Positions 14,481 to 28,650 of a stretch of 64,000 bases of DNA are shown in pieces; position 1 is the first letter of the stretch, and each line of letters opens with the position of its first letter. The DNA is from Carcharhinus longimanus. Taxonomy: Eukaryota. Location of the stretch: positions 114,812,252 to 114,876,251 of the forward strand of contig JASCQW010000001.1 in the NCBI GenBank assembly GCA_030264375.1, read 5' to 3'. The notes below the pieces were generated by a model. That model had not been told where the DNA came from, made no database searches, and worked only from the letters and a program-made list of their open reading frames with translations. The position numbers and the translations under genes were made by a program.

Positions 14481-16890
14481 AGCGTACATTTGGTAAGAAC
14501 TCACCGCAAACCAGTGATCCAACTTGGTGGCTTGTAGTCTTGCCAACAGATTTTACCTTTACTGCAAATTAAATATCAAACAAAAATAATAAGAATTAGA
14601 GGTAATGGATAACATTCAATGTTAACTATATTGTGGCATCAATTGTACAGCAATTCCAGTGATGTCACTAGAACAATTTTAGTCTTGCAAAACCATCTGT
14701 TCCCAATTATGACATCATTTCAACGTAATATAAAACATACTTCATGGAGCTGAAATCATGTGTGGTACAAAACACAAAAAAAATCTGTTGACTTTTACTT
14801 ATTATGTTATTAAATTCCAAATGTAAAAACAGAACAGCAGAGCACAAAATGATACCCAACACTCAACGTGGAAAAGTCTTGCATGCAATTTGCTTGAGCA
14901 CTAAACACAAGATCATCGTCCATGCACACTCATCTGTTTCTTATTCACGCACTAATATGTCCAAACTGATTTTCAAATGGCAAAACATTTAGAATTCAAC
15001 TGAAGTACTTGAAATTTGGTGCATGAGACATGAGATATCAACAAGGAAAGAATCCTAAGTCATATGCCAATAAATGTGTTAATGTTTTGACAAACGAGGC
15101 AAAACAATACATTGTAGGTTTATGTTGGCAAAGGACAATGAATTGTGCCTTCTCTTTCTTCGTGGTTATTCTTCAATGCAGAAATGTGATGTAAAAGTCT
15201 GGGAATGTTAATGAAACTTAAAAGATTGACTGGTTAGAATGGCATCAAAAACCAAGACAAATGGAATTTGTTCGTCATTCTATCAAGATTCCATCAAGTT
15301 CTACAACATTAAGCATATATAGCAGACTTATAAAACACAAGTAAGTTGTAGAGATAAAATCATGTGCCAGTTGTTAATAAAGTTTGTGACCACAAGTGAT
15401 CTATTCTCTTCCCCACTGCAATTCTATGCAAAAACAGGCGTAAACAGTCAAGAGGGTAGAGTGCAAAACTCTGCCACATTGTGTTGACTCAACATTATTA
15501 CAAATACACACCTCTGCCTTGAGTCCTTTCCCTGCCTGGATGAGGTTCTGTCACATCAAAGCTGAAAAAAACTTCCATCTCACTGAGAGGCTTCAAGACA
15601 ATCCACATCCAACAACCTACTCTGCAAACACTGGTCACACTGACAGGTATGACAAATTCCATCACAACAACTGAGACAAATTGGTAACATATCAAATATT
15701 ACAACCCATAACAGTCTAAAGAAAAGCTGATTTGCCCTCATCTCCAAATGTTAACAGACCCTTTAAAAAGTTCCAAGATTTGGATCTGTATTTTCAAAGA
15801 AAACTTGAGCCATATCTTACCTTTGTACCAAGGTGCATAGAAATTCACCCATTAGTCTTTGAGATGTTGGGCAGATTCTTAAGCCTAGATTCTCCATGCA
15901 CGAGAATGGAAGCATGCACTCAAAATCTGGAGAGTTTTGGAAAAACCTTGTTCTCAACGATGAGATTACATTTTGTAATTTTGAATGAAGCCCAATGGCA
16001 GAGTAATGTGGGATACGCCATGGAATATTGGGAACACAATTTTAATGCATTAGCATCACATTACTGGTTACTTCTCTTGATATTGAGCCCACACCAAATG
16101 TTCAGCAGTGATGTCATGTCAGCACCATTTATATAAGCGTGAATCTGGCACCTTCACCACTGACGGGGATATCGGAGGTGAGCGCTCAGGCAACCATTTC
16201 TCCGCATTCTGTCCAATACTCAAGGAGCACCAGGGAGCATGCTGGAGACAGATAAGTACACTTGGGATCGTGAGTGGGAGTCACTCTCACCATACCGGGA
16301 GGAGGAGAGGAGGGTACTAGGTGAAATGGGTTGGTCCTATGCCTTGAGAAAATGGAGGCTCAACATTATTTACCCTGATGATACACAGGGGCAATAATGT
16401 AGAAATTGTTGTGTCAGAAGGGATGCTGAGAAGGAGAGCAGATATTCACTCAATTAATGGGAGGCATTTGATTGGAAGTCACAGAGGCATGGAGAAATGA
16501 GGGTCAGAGCTCTGGTAGGACTCCTCATAGCTCACTGTGACGGTCTCGCTCTTTAAATGCACGTTTCAGAAAAATCAAGGAGCCTATTGATTTGATGATT
16601 CAAAGAACAAAACAGCACGGGAAACAGACCCTTCAGCCCAATGAGCCCACGCCGCCATTTCAACTGGGTCCCCTCTCCACCCATGACCCTTGTCTATGCT
16701 TATGGCATTCCATATTGGAAACCAGATTGAGGGGAGACTAATTTAGGGACAATTTGTTACACCAATCTGCCTAAGAGCACATCTTTGGGGNNNNNNNNNN
16801 NNNNNNNNNNNNNNNNNNNNNNNNNNNNNNNNNNNNNNNNNNNNNNNNNNNNNNNNNNNNNNNNNNNNNNNNNNNNNNNNNNNNNNNNNN

Positions 16891-17125
16891 TCTACCCTTT
16901 ATCATATAACTCCCCCCTACATTATTTCTCCCAAAATGCATCACCTCACATTTATCAGGATTAAATTTCATCTGCCATTTATCTGCCCAATATACCAGCC
17001 TATCTATATCCTGTTGTATTGCCTGGCACTGCTCCTCAGTGTCTGCCAGTCCAGCCATCTTAGTATCATCTGCAAACTTGCTGATCACACCACGTACTCC
17101 CTCTTCCAAGTCATTTATGTAATAA
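16891..17125 (-). mobile_element. CR1 reverse transcriptase fragment
   Basis: YINDLEEGVRGVISKFADDTKMAG...WADKWQMKFNPDKCEVMHFGR contains the FADD RT motif. Confidence 0.9.
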
Positions 17126-17129
17126 TTTC

Positions 17130-18300
17130 TAATCATTATGATCGAACAGCAGCAGGGAAAATGACATGCTGCCATACACGTACAAGATCAAAGACTTCCA
17201 GCTGTCCAGCAAGCAGGAGAATAGCATCAACCTCAGAGACAGTACTAGCCTAGAATCCTCCAGTGTCAGTGCTCATACCTTCACATGTCCGAGCCTCAGT
17301 GCCGGAGAAGGCTGTGCCTACTCCAGGGGACGGTGGACCACCTTTACCACATTATGCATGAGCTGGCACCCCATGGAACTGGAGTACACCCAATGCCTGT
17401 GGCCCTTAAAGTTAAAGCCGCACTAAATTTTTTTGTTAGTTGTCTTCAAGGGCAGCACTGGGAACACCTGTGGCATCTCCCAGTCTGCCACGCACAAATG
17501 TATTAGGGAGGTCACAGATGCCCTCTATGTAAGAGCAGAGATGTTTATAAACTTGAACCAGGATCAGGTAAGCCAGGATGCCATGGCCATGGGCTTTGCC
17601 CTCATAGAAAGATGCCCCAGGTGCAAGGTGCCAGTGACTATACCCATATGGTCACCACCACGGCAGGCAATGAACCACAAGGGGTTCCACACCCACAATG
17701 TCCAACACATCTGCAACCAAATAATGCACATCATACAGGTCTGTACCCATTTCCCACAGAGCACCCATAACAGACACATCTTGGTTTGCCCACAAAGACC
17801 AACCATCTATGAGGTAGAGTGGCAGCTGGAGGGATGAGTCCTCAGAGACAAGGACGTGGTTAATGACACCAGTGTGGAAGCCACAAACACCAGCAGAGAC
17901 ACATTACAATGATGCTCATACTTGAACGTGCATCTTGCTGGAGCAGGCCACTGGACTGCTAAAGATGTGGTTCTAGTGCCTGGACTGTTTGGGGATGACC
18001 TACAAGACAGCCTCCAGAAGATATCCCACATTACTGTGTGGTACTGCGAGCTTCACAACTTAGCACTGCAGAGGGAAGACCACCTGAAATAAGAGGAAAT
18101 GGGTGAGTGTCACACCTTCTCGAATGAGTAGTATGTTGAGAAGAGAGGTGGGCATGATGAAGCCAAAGAAGAGGAGGAGGAAGGCAGGGCTACGTACAGG
18201 GCCAGGATGGACCACCAAGCAAGGAATACCCTTAATATCTCGCTTTGGGGATGAGCAAGAATAGCCTGTGTCAAGCTTCCCCTGCAATGGGTGTCAGGTC
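17130..18300 (+). mobile_element. Decayed PIF/Harbinger DDE transposase
   Basis: Frameshifted peptides MPVALKVKAALNFF, GNTCGISQSATHKCIREVTDALY and NHKGFHTHNVQHICNQ...VCTHFPQSTHN match Harbinger/HARBI1-family motifs (GISQS, NRKGFHS-NVQ--CD, PGS-HD). The element probably spans ~16.1-18.9 kb. Confidence 0.85.
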
Positions 18301-18944
18301 ATACAAAGCATCATCCTGCATATCTCTAGACAGGAGGTTGAAGCTATTGGCCAGACTCTGCAGGAGAATAATGATGACTTGTTGCAAGGACAAAGTGACA
18401 CTCTTCTCATCTTCAGCAATATATCTGACTAACAAAAAGTTGAACATTCCCTGCCAATGAATAGGCACATGGTGGGCTTCATAAATAGTTTAAAATGACC
18501 ATCAGGTAATACCAGCCCTTTTGCAATGCTGCACTCTTGAAAAGCTCCAACCTTCATTAAGGGATGGTGGGGGGTGGGATGCCCCTTCCAAAATGGGAAC
18601 ATGGGAAGGGTTTCCAAGGATGCAGGGAGTAACAGGGGTTATAGCTTATGATATCAAATGACAGGTTGTAGGCTAACAAAGTGCATATTTAATTTGGAAC
18701 TATATATAGTAGTGATCTTTCTGCACTTGTGCCAACCAGATGCCTACAACTTCATGCCCTTCCTTACCCTCACACTACGTCTAGGTGTTTCACCAGGATC
18801 CACAGCTGAAAGGAAAAACAGATACACATGATTTCATTCAATGAATAGATTAAATCCAAGAGGATAACAGAAACAGTCAGAAATGAATATCAATACTGTT
18901 CAACATAAATGAGTGCTTTATCCTGCGGATAATGTACTCTAATG

Positions 18945-20371
18945 CAATGTTGTTAAAAGTGTGGGTCGCGACTTCTGGGTGGGTCATGGGGTGCTGAAAA
19001 ATCAGTCGCTAAAAATGATCCTGAAAGATCGTCTGACTGTATTTTCTGTTTTCTCTCTGGATAAATTCTCATTGCCGTACAGTGTATGACCAAATCAGAC
19101 AAAAATAAACAGGCACCAAATGAATTGGCCCTGGTGCCAATTGTCTTTCTCTTTCTAGTAGATTCAGATCATTTTGTTATGCGAAAGAGAGGCCAGAGAC
19201 ACCAACAGCCAGGAAACCTACTGGCTAGGATCTTGCATCTGAATCTGCTGGAGAAAGTGCTAGGCTGCTCTATCGAGTCGATGACAGAACGGAGCAGTAT
19301 TAATGTCAGTACTGAATAGAATGCCAGGACCTCCAGTGAACAGCCTGCAAAGAAAAACCTAAAATCACTAACAAAGCAGCATAAAAATGATTTTTTGAGG
19401 TACAGTTTTGTCAATTGTACACCACAAATCAGGTCCTTGCATATTACATGCAGGGAAATGCTAGCAAATGAGGGTTTAAAACCCTCAAAACTTCAAAGGC
19501 ATCAGAAGACCAAGCATGATGAGCTGAGGAACAAACCTTGGGACATTTTTCAAACGATGCAGCAAGAACTGAAATCATCAGTCAAACTCTCAGCAAAAAT
19601 TTAACATTGAATGACAAAGCACAACCAGTCTCTTACATGGTAGCTTACCAAGTAGCTATAGAGAAATACCCCACACTGTTGCAGAGAAATTAATTCTCCC
19701 TATAGCATTACACATGGTTCACATGGTTTTAGATGGGAAGTCAGCTGAGATGCATTGTGCTTTGTGATAAAACAGTATCACGTTGAATTTGTGATATTGC
19801 TGAAAATTTAGAAGTTCAGTCTATTTCTCAGTTAAAGTTAACGGGAGATTTCTCAACACAACCGGATAAAAGTACAGATGTTACATGTTGCACAACCTTG
19901 TTAGTTTACATTAGGTATATTTGACACATTGAATTTACTGAGGATTTGTTATGCTGCTAGACATTACTAACCAGCATGACTGGCACAAAGATATTTTAAG
20001 CGTTGAATAGCTATGTGGTTGTAAAGTATGGACTCGACTGGGTTAATTGCAAAGGGAATCACAAATGAAGGGTCAGCCCATATGACTGGGAAAAAAGGAG
20101 ACTTAGAATAAGGATTAAGGAGGCGTTTGGACAGGACATTGTTTGGAATCATTGTTTTAATCACCACAAGGCACTGGCATCAAGGGGAATTCCATGTGAT
20201 CCTGATATTGGGGCGCACTGTTCTCTCATTCTGTGAACCTGATTGGAGTGAGATCACGAAGACCAAGCAGGCTCACCCGTCACATTAAGTAGTAAGTGAA
20301 TGTGGCGTGGGTTACCAGGAACTGCCATTTGGTAAACGCTGGTTGCTAAAAAAACAGTTTGAAAAACACTG
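18945..20371 (+). mobile_element. Decayed, internally deleted hAT Charlie/Buster-type DNA transposon
   Basis: C-EMLANEGLKPSKLQRHQKTKH is the BED-finger motif of Charlie/Buster transposases. Imperfect TIRs: CAATGTTGTTAAAAGTG (18945) and CAGTTTGAAAAACACTG (ending 20371). No clean TSD. Confidence 0.8.
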
Positions 20372-22059
20372 CTGATGCATCTGAAGACTTTCCCACTTTC
20401 ACACTGCTGGTCAACTTAATGGTCACTTATATTTTAAGAATAAGGCGCTATCATCAATCACTGCTTATCATACAGCATTTCGTTTTGACATGAGAAGATG
20501 ACAACATCTTTTTGCACACGCACCCTTGTCCCACATAACCAAAAATTGTTGCGGAATGCCAGGAATCCCAGAATCAGGTCTGTTTGCAGTGTTTTTTGCA
20601 GCCTGCATCCATTCTGCCATGGATGGAGACATGAAAATGGCTCAAGATGTTCAGGAAAGAAAGGAGTGAAAGAAAGGAGCTAAGGTCAAGTCAAGGAGAA
20701 TATTACAGGCTTGAGGGAAGGTATATCCTGGAGGGGGTCAAGGACACAATCTACTTGGATAGAGTTAAGAAACAATAAAGGTCCCATCACACTAATGAAT
20801 GCCCCTACCTGTGGAGCAAGTACACCTATTCCCTGCAGGTGGGGAGCAGTTGTAAATGCTGCTGGTAGAACCTCTCCCGGCTTGGTGAGTTAGACACTAG
20901 TGGGCCCGGAGACTACCTTTCCGGGCCTGCTAATTATATGGAAATAACGATTTCCAGCACAGAGCTAATTACATAAAAAAATGGCCTGGGAGTTCTGCTT
21001 TTGGCCCCCTACCGATGTCTCCCAGTCCACTACACAACTCGAGCATCCCAGCGGGCTGGGAGAATCCAGCCCTTATCTTTGTTCCAAAATAAATCACATG
21101 TACCCCAATCTTTATTTTGTTTTCTGTTAAATTATACCAACTAAATGATAAATGTTTGTCAGCTTGTAATTTCCTGTCCAAGAAAATTCTTCAGCGTGAT
21201 TAGCTGCTTAGACTGCCTGATGACATCATTGCTGTTGCATGCCAGATAGCTGACTCCAGAATTAAATTAACATTGAGAAAGGTATTTGTCGGCAGCTTTC
21301 TTCAAGTACTTTCACTTTATAGCTGACCTAAAAAAAAAATCAAGACGTGTTAACTTCTATGTCAGTTTGTGATAAAAATTACTTCTTTTTTTATTAATTA
21401 AGACAGAATCAATAACAATGATAATAACAATATGGTTCTAAAATTTAAATATTAAGATATGCAATGATCATATAGGTCATTGGGATCAAACATTTGATAA
21501 CAATCAGTATTTTCCAACTACACAAACTGTTCCAAATGATAAACTATTGAAGTGCTTGAGTTTACTCTGTCAACCCCAATATTAATTCAGTATGATCTGT
21601 AGGGAACTTATCAATATTTTATCAGAAAGTAATAAGTAAGATCATGCTGTATTGTAAAGGTTCCCTAGAAAAATTAAAAATGCATTGAGCATTGATACAG
21701 ATATACAACTGCACAACACAACTTATTCTCATCAGCTGGTGAAAGAGGAGAAATAGAAAGCAGATGTTTACAATTCCTTTAGTCAAAAAGCTGAAAGGAC
21801 ATTGTGTTACTAAATTATTTCCATTACAACCTGCTAATTAGCATTTGATTGTAAAAGTACTCACTGTGCAGAAGCAAGTTACTTCAGTTATAGCGAAAAG
21901 GCTTTTTTGTAATTAGAAAAGACAGCTGTTTTCAATCTAAAGTTTTCCTTTCCTTGTCCATTGTTTTTCATTATGATCTAGTCTACTCCGTAAAAGAAAC
22001 TTCCATTTCCTTTTCCTCAGAAAACACTTCTGGAAATCCCTCATTTCTTTTCATTTTCT

Positions 22060-22378
22060 GAGATATGAGCATCAACAATTATTGTCCTTCCCTAACTGCC
22101 CTCCATTTCAGAGGGAATTTTAGAGCCAACCACATTGGTATGCATCTAGAGTCACATGTAGGCCAGACCAGGTAAGGATGGCAGGTTTCTTTCCCTAAAG
22201 GACATTAGTGAACCAGATGTTTTTTTTTTAATGACAATCAGCAATGATTTAATGGTCATCATTTGACTTTTAATTCAAATTTCACCATCTGCTGTGGCGG
22301 TACTTGAACCCGGGTTTCCAGATCTTGCTCTGGGTCCCTGAATTACTAGTCCAGTGACAATGCCACTGTGGCCAGAAA
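22060..22378 (-). mobile_element. tRNA-headed SINE
   Basis: Minus strand TGGCCACAGTGGCATTGTCACTGGACTAGTAATTCAG...GGGTTCAAGTACC gives A/B boxes, followed by a repeat-like body. Confidence 0.6.
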
Positions 22379-25300
22379 AGACCTACTAGGGTGGTATACA
22401 TACTAATTAGGAGCAAAGGTATGACACTCATCCTGTCACGCCTATGCCACGATTCAATAAGACCATGGCTGATCTGATTATAACCTCAACCTCACCTTTC
22501 TTTTTACACATAATAACCTTTCACCCCCTTGTTAATCACCTGGCTCTCTATTTTAAAAATATTCAAAGATTCTACTTCCATTGCCTTTTGAAGGAGGGAG
22601 TTCTAAAGACTCAATGCTTTAAGAGGAAAGTATTCTCCTCATCTCTATCTTAAATGAATGACCCTTTATTGTTAAATTTTGGATTTTCCCACAAGAGGAA
22701 ACATACTCTCCACATCCATCCTGCCAAGACCTTTCAGGATCTTAGGGTTCAATCAAGTCACCTCTTTCTCTGTTAAACTGCAGTGGATACAAGTCTAACC
22801 TGTCCAACCTTTTCTAATAAAACAACCTGCCCACTCCTGGTATTAGGCTGGTAAACTTTCTCTGAACTGCTTCCAATGCATTTATTGATTTCCTTAAATA
22901 AGGAGACTAATACTGGACATGTTGCTCCTGATGTGGTCTCAACAAGGCTCTGTATAACTGAAGCATAACCTTTCTACTTCTGTAATAAATACCCACACAA
23001 TAAACGATACTTTCTATTAATTTTCCTAATTATTTGCTGTGCCTGCATTAAGTCTTTTGTGCTTTATGCACTCGGGCACCCAGATCTCTATGAATCTGAG
23101 CTCTTCAATCTCTCACAATTTATATATTATATATATTTTCTTATTTTTCTTGCCAAAATGAACAATTCCACATTTTTCCACATCATACTCCATTTGCTAG
23201 ATTATTACCCATTCACCCATTTGTGCCCCTTAAGTGCCCTTCGTAACTTACATTCCTACATATCTTTGTACCATCCCTAAATTTAGTAATCATTCCTTCA
23301 GTGCCTTCATCCAAGTCATTTATATAACTTTATATATATTGAGGCTTATCTTGATCCTTGTAGCACACCATTCATTACATCCTGTCAACCAGGAAAATAC
23401 CCATTTATGTCAACTCTGTTTTCTGTTAGATAGCCAATTTTCTCTCCATGTCAATATGTTACATTCTACACCATGAGCTTTTATTTTCCACAATAACATT
23501 TGATGTGGCATTTTATCAAAAGCATAAATTTAGTGCATCCATCAGTTCTCCTTTGTCCACAGCACATNNNNNNNNNNNNNNNNNNNNNNNNNNNNNNNNN
23601 NNNNNNNNNNNNNNNNNNNNNNNNNNNNNNNNNNNNNNNNNNNNNNNNNNNNNNNNNNNNNNNNNNNTGATTTCCCTTTCATAAAACCATGTTGACTCTT
23701 CCTAACAGCCTTGAATTTTTCCAAATGCCCCTCTACAATGTCTGTAATAAAACCTTCTAACATTTTTCCTCTGTCAGATGTTAAGCTAACTGGCATGTAG
23801 TTTGCTGCTTTCTATCTCCCTCCTTTTTTGAATAAAAGAGTTACATTTGCTATTTTCCAATCTAATGGGACCTTCCCTGAATCTAGAGAATTTTAGAAAA
23901 TTAAGACTAGCACATCAACTAGCTCATTCTTTATTCTTTTCTGTCCAGTCTTCTGACCTGACACCCATATTTGTATAATCAGATGTTTTACCTTCAAGTC
24001 TGAAATTATCTTTAACTTTTCTCATTTTGTACAAGATGGTGGCATTTCCCTTTGGAATCTTTCTTTCTCATTGGAATGTATTTATTCTGTGTGTTCTGAA
24101 ATATCTCTTTAAACATGGGCCACTGCAAGACTATTAAAGCTATCCCTTAATCTTATTTGCCAGTTCACTTTAGTTCTATTTTCATGTCCTCAAAATTGCC
24201 CTTATTTCAGTGTAAAATACTAATCTTGAACTCACTCTACTCCTCCTGAAACTGAATTCAATCATATTTTTTAATCAATGCTAACTACTGGTGTCTTTGC
24301 TATTAGCTTATCAATTAATCCTACCTCGAATATTCCTGAAACAAGAGACTATTCTTCTTACAAAGCTATTCTTCTTACACTCATCAGGACACTTCGCAAG
24401 AATACCAGTATATAGAAAAACAACAGTTTATACTGTATGAGAAGAAAGGCCCGGTTGGTTGGCAATTGGCTGTGGTAGGGACGCCGCTACAGAGAATTCA
24501 TCAGGTGATGTTGACAATTAGCTGTCAAGCATTGTCTGAAATTTAAAGCAGGCAGCTGGTCCCTGATTGGTCAAGGCATTGCCCTCGGGAATGAATCATC
24601 AAATGGCTGTCGTTTATTTTGTTCAGCTGAAACAGGCTTATGGTGTGCAATGTTCTTTCTGTCTGCAAAGAACAGGACCCCGTGTTTTGGAATTCTCTTG
24701 CATTGTACAATACCAAGTCTAGTCTAGCCTGCTTTCTGGATGGCTCCAGAACATGCAGGTCAAAGGAATTATCCTTAAAACAATCTCTGAACACTTTTGG
24801 GCGGATTTGTTTCTTCTTCTCCGCGGTACGTTTGATGACGGTGGGAGGCAATGCACTGCTCACTGGTGGCAGAATCTTATGGTCCTGCTGTTGTCAACGG
24901 GGGTTTCCGGTTGAACACACCTTTCACCGACGGGAAACCCAAGGTCAGGGTGCGCCATTGGTGGTTCCGTCTGATCCTGTCAGTATAAATCTGCAAGATT
25001 TCGGTGTTCATCTTTGCCCACCTGATTTTTCTAATCTATATTTAAACTAAAATCCCCAGTGAGTACTCCTGCACCTTTATAACAAGCTTCTATTTTCTCT
25101 TCATATCCTGATCTACAACGTAGTTACAATTAGACGACCTGTACACCATTCCTTCGAGTGATTTCTTGCCTTTATCATTCCTCATCTTAACCCAAACTGT
25201 TTCTATATTCTAGTTTCCTGAACTTAAGTCATCCTTCTCGCACGTGCTAATATCATCATTAGTTAACAGGGTCGCCCCTCCGCCTTGTCTAATTTTCTGT

Positions 25301-25965
25301 CCTTCCAAATATCACATACCATTCGATATTAGAACATAGAAATAGAACATAGAACAGTACAGCACAGTGCAGGCCCTTCGGTCCTCAATTTGTGCCAAGC
25401 TATGTCCAAACCTAAGATCAAGCTATCCCACTCCCTGGTACAAATTTACGTGATCTTTTAGCCATTCTCTGTAATAGCTATCAAATCATATTCATTTATT
25501 ACTATTTGCTCTATCAATTCACCTGCTTTGTTTCAAATGCCACATAAGTTTAGATATACAACCTTTGGTTTTGTCCTTTTTATTATTTTCGTAGTGTCTA
25601 GTCTTATCTGTTCATTTACTCTTAGATTTATATTCACTGCCAGTCTGTTTATCATTTCCTTTATTAGTACCTTTTTCTCTTGCTTTGTCTCTACACTTTG
25701 ATTTACCGTATCTCTTAAATTTGATTCTTTGTCCCACTATTTTGATTAAAATCCTTTCCACTCTCCTGTTTATGCAGCTCACTAAAACAACTTCAGCACA
25801 GTTCAGGTATAGACTGCCCCAATGGTACAACCTGCTGTTTCCTCTACGAACTGGAACACACTGCTCCAACATTGGTCTTTTAGCCACGCATTTATTTCTC
25901 TAGTCTTATTTGCCCTATGCCAATTTGCACTTGGCTCAGATACTATGCCAGAAATTATTACCTTT

Positions 25966-26131
25966 GATAAAAAGCAAAATACTGCAGAAGCTGAAAATCT
26001 GAAATAAAAACAGAAAATGCTGAATAAACTCAGCCAGTTCTGAAAGTCACATGGATTTGAAATGTTAACTCTGTTTATCTCTCCACAGATACTGCCAGAC
26101 CTGTTGAGTTCATCCAGCAATTTTTGTTTTT
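25966..26131. repeat. Short inverted-arm repeat (Penelope-terminal-repeat-like); relatives at ~280-340 and ~54595-54770
   Basis: Arm AAAACAGAAAATGCTGAATAAACTCAGC (~26007-26034) pairs with CTGTTGAGTTCATCCAGCAATTTTTGTTTT (~26101-26131). The Penelope attribution is from recall only. Confidence 0.55.
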
Positions 26132-26447
26132 AAAATCATAGAACCATAGAATTCCTAGAGTGCAGAAGGAAGCCATTCAGCCCATTGAGTTATCAACTCT
26201 CCAAGTCTACACTGACTCTTCTCCCCTCCCCACCCATCCATGTAACCCTGCACATTTACCCATGCCGAATCCACCTAACCTACACATCTTTGGACACCAA
26301 GAGGCAATTTAGCATAGCCAATCCACCTAATTTGCAAACCTTTAGACAGTTGGAGGAAACTGGAGCGCCCAGGGGAAACCCACACAAGGCTGGAATCAAA
26401 CCTGGGTCCTTGTTGTGAAGCAGCAATGCTAACTACTGTGCCACCCG
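26132..26447 (-). mobile_element. HE1-type SINE inserted in CR1 ORF1
   Basis: ATAGAACCATAGAA tail, body GGCAATTTAGCATAGCCAATCCACCTAA, and tRNA head ending ...GCTAACTACTGTGCCACC. Confidence 0.8.
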
Positions 26448-28099
26448 TATGATCTTTGATGTTCTACTTCTTAATTTAATGCCTATCTTTCCATATTGAC
26501 TATGAAGAACCTCCTTCCTAGTCATGCCTATGTCATTGGTGCCCACAAGACCATGATAACTGGACTCTCCCCTCCCCCCTATACGTTCCTCTTCCTGAGC
26601 TGATGTCCTGAACCCTGGCAACTGGCAGGAACATCTGGACTCTCAATCATTGCTAAAGATAACTGTGTCAATAGCTATTTTTGTACAGTTCTCTAGGACC
26701 ATTACATTCCTTCTTTCTCCCTCCATTTAAATGGCTTCCTGTGCCACAGTGGACTGGTCAGTCATCTCAACCAACCGGCAGTCCCCACTCTCATCCAAGC
26801 TGAAAGAACCTCAAACCAATTAGACAATTGCAGAAGCTAACACTCCTGCATTCCCGCCATGCTGGGTCCTCTTAGCGCCCTCAGTTACAGTCACAGCCTC
26901 TTCTCACTGACCACCTTCCGAACCAGAAGACCCTGTCTGAAGGGATGTGACTGCATCCGTGTACAAAATGTCCAGTGATCTCCCCCCGATGCGTCCATAG
27001 TATCCACAGTGACATTTGCTGTAACTCTGTCCTCAGCCAGCTCACACTACACTGAATGTGGATCAGTATCCTTCCCTAATCTGGATGCCAAAACTGACAC
27101 TCCGACAAATTTGAAAAAGTTCTGTTTGGGATAAGATATAAGTTTTAGATGATATTGAACATTTTAGTTGCATCGGAGAAGTGAAAACAGCATTCAAAGC
27201 TTTTTATTGTAGTTGCTGGCCAAAAATGGACATACTATTGTGTATCTCAGGCATCATGGCCTGGATTTTATGGCATGCCTGCCAGCATATTTGAAGGCAG
27301 TAGGCACTATAAAATAAAACACATGGCGTATCTACCATTTTCCCAGCCAACGCTGATCTATCTCCCATATTATGGTGAGCAAAGAAGGCATCAGGCAGCC
27401 TGACCACCTTTGAACCGATTGAGATCCTTAAGTCTACAATTATTGGCAACTGAAGGGTCTCATTCTGCTACTGCCACTATTTTACCCTTGGTAGGGGAAG
27501 GCAGAGGGTAGGCAGATAATACAGCAGTCTCCAGTGCTGTTGGGCAAAAAGGGAGGACCTTCTTTTGTGGAGAGGAGGGAGGGAGGGGACAGCACCCCCC
27601 CCTGAGGTAACCTCCTCCCCCCCTTTAACTTTCCAAACCTTCCCCCAGCCTTGGGCCACTCAATCCCAGCCCCTCACTCCCCTATATTCTCCTTGATAGG
27701 ATTTGCCAAGTTTATCCCAGACACACCATGATCCACTACTACTTCTTAGGCAATGCCTGTTGCCCCATCATTGGCCACTGCTTGAACTTGGAGTGGCTGG
27801 GACTATAGAGCTACTGGCCACTCAAATTGACTGGAAGCTCTCCAAGCAGGACTTCCTTCAAGCATGGAGCAGAAATCTCACCCTGAAAAAATTAAAGCTG
27901 TTCCCAACATAAAATGGCTGTGGAGCACATGGCTTGCCGGTGAACAACCAATGGTGATGACCAACTTTTCAGTTGCTTTAGGTGGTGATGGGAGTGTCCC
28001 ATAAAATCCAACCCCTCTTTTTTGAATGGGAAACCAAACAAAGTGAGTCACTAACAATCGTTTCCCCAATTTAAACAATTGAAATTTCTTTGGAAATCC

Positions 28100-28650
28100 T
28101 TCATGTACCCCTAGATCTCTTTGTTCTGTAACTCTCCCCAACACCTTACCATTAACTGAGTAAGTCCTGCCCTGGTGCAATCTACCAAAATGCATCACCT
28201 CGCATTTGTATAAATTAAACTCCATCTGCCATTCGTCAGCCCACTGACCCAATTGATCAAGATCCTGTTGCAATTGGAGATAACTTTCTTCACTATCCAC
28301 TGTGCCACCAGTCTTAGTGTCATCTGCAAACTTACAAACCATGCCTCCAATATTCTCATCCAAATCATTAATATAAATGACAAAAAAACAGTGGACCTAG
28401 CCTGATCCTCCAGTTTGAAAAAACAACCCTTCACAACCACCCTCTGGCTTCTGTCAAGAAGCTAATTTTGTATCTATTTAGCTATTTCAGCCTGGATCCC
28501 ATGACATTTAACCTTATGGAACAACTTACCATGTGGTATCTTGTCAAAGGCCTTGCTAAAGTCTATGTAGACAACATCAACTGCACTGCCCTCATCTACC
28601 TTATTGGTTACTCCTTCAAAAAAAACTTTATGAAATTTGTGAGACATCTA
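28100..28650 (-). mobile_element. CR1 reverse transcriptase fragment
   Basis: DENIGGMVCKFADDTKTGG...WADEWQMEFNLYKCEVMHFGR...EQRDLGVH. Confidence 0.9.

Larger units (their letters stand above)
22400..26950 (-). mobile_element. Long decayed CR1 LINE (esterase-type ORF1 plus ORF2) with nested insertions
   Basis: ORF1 pieces VGTNDIG..RKEVL...KLRSRTSKII (26433-26621) and VIISG...NKTREINAWLKD (25803-25965) carry SGNH esterase motifs. ORF2 piece PVSLTS..GKMLE...SQHGFMKGKS (23668-23796). 3' end near 22400. Confidence 0.8.

Noticed and set aside
17130-18300. Host HARBI1 gene
   Set aside because: Multiple frameshifts and stops and degenerate catalytic motifs indicate a transposon fossil.
19395-20200. 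Domesticated ZBED/SCAND3-type gene
   Set aside because: Broken frames, an internal deletion and residual TIRs indicate a dead hAT element.
24349-24410. Minus-strand hammerhead ribozyme (CUGAUGA at 24387-24381)
   Set aside because: The GAAA half of the core is absent (GAAU) and a 14-bp duplication disrupts it; at most a decayed relic. The inverted-arm repeats at 26.0 and 54.7 kb also lack an intact core.
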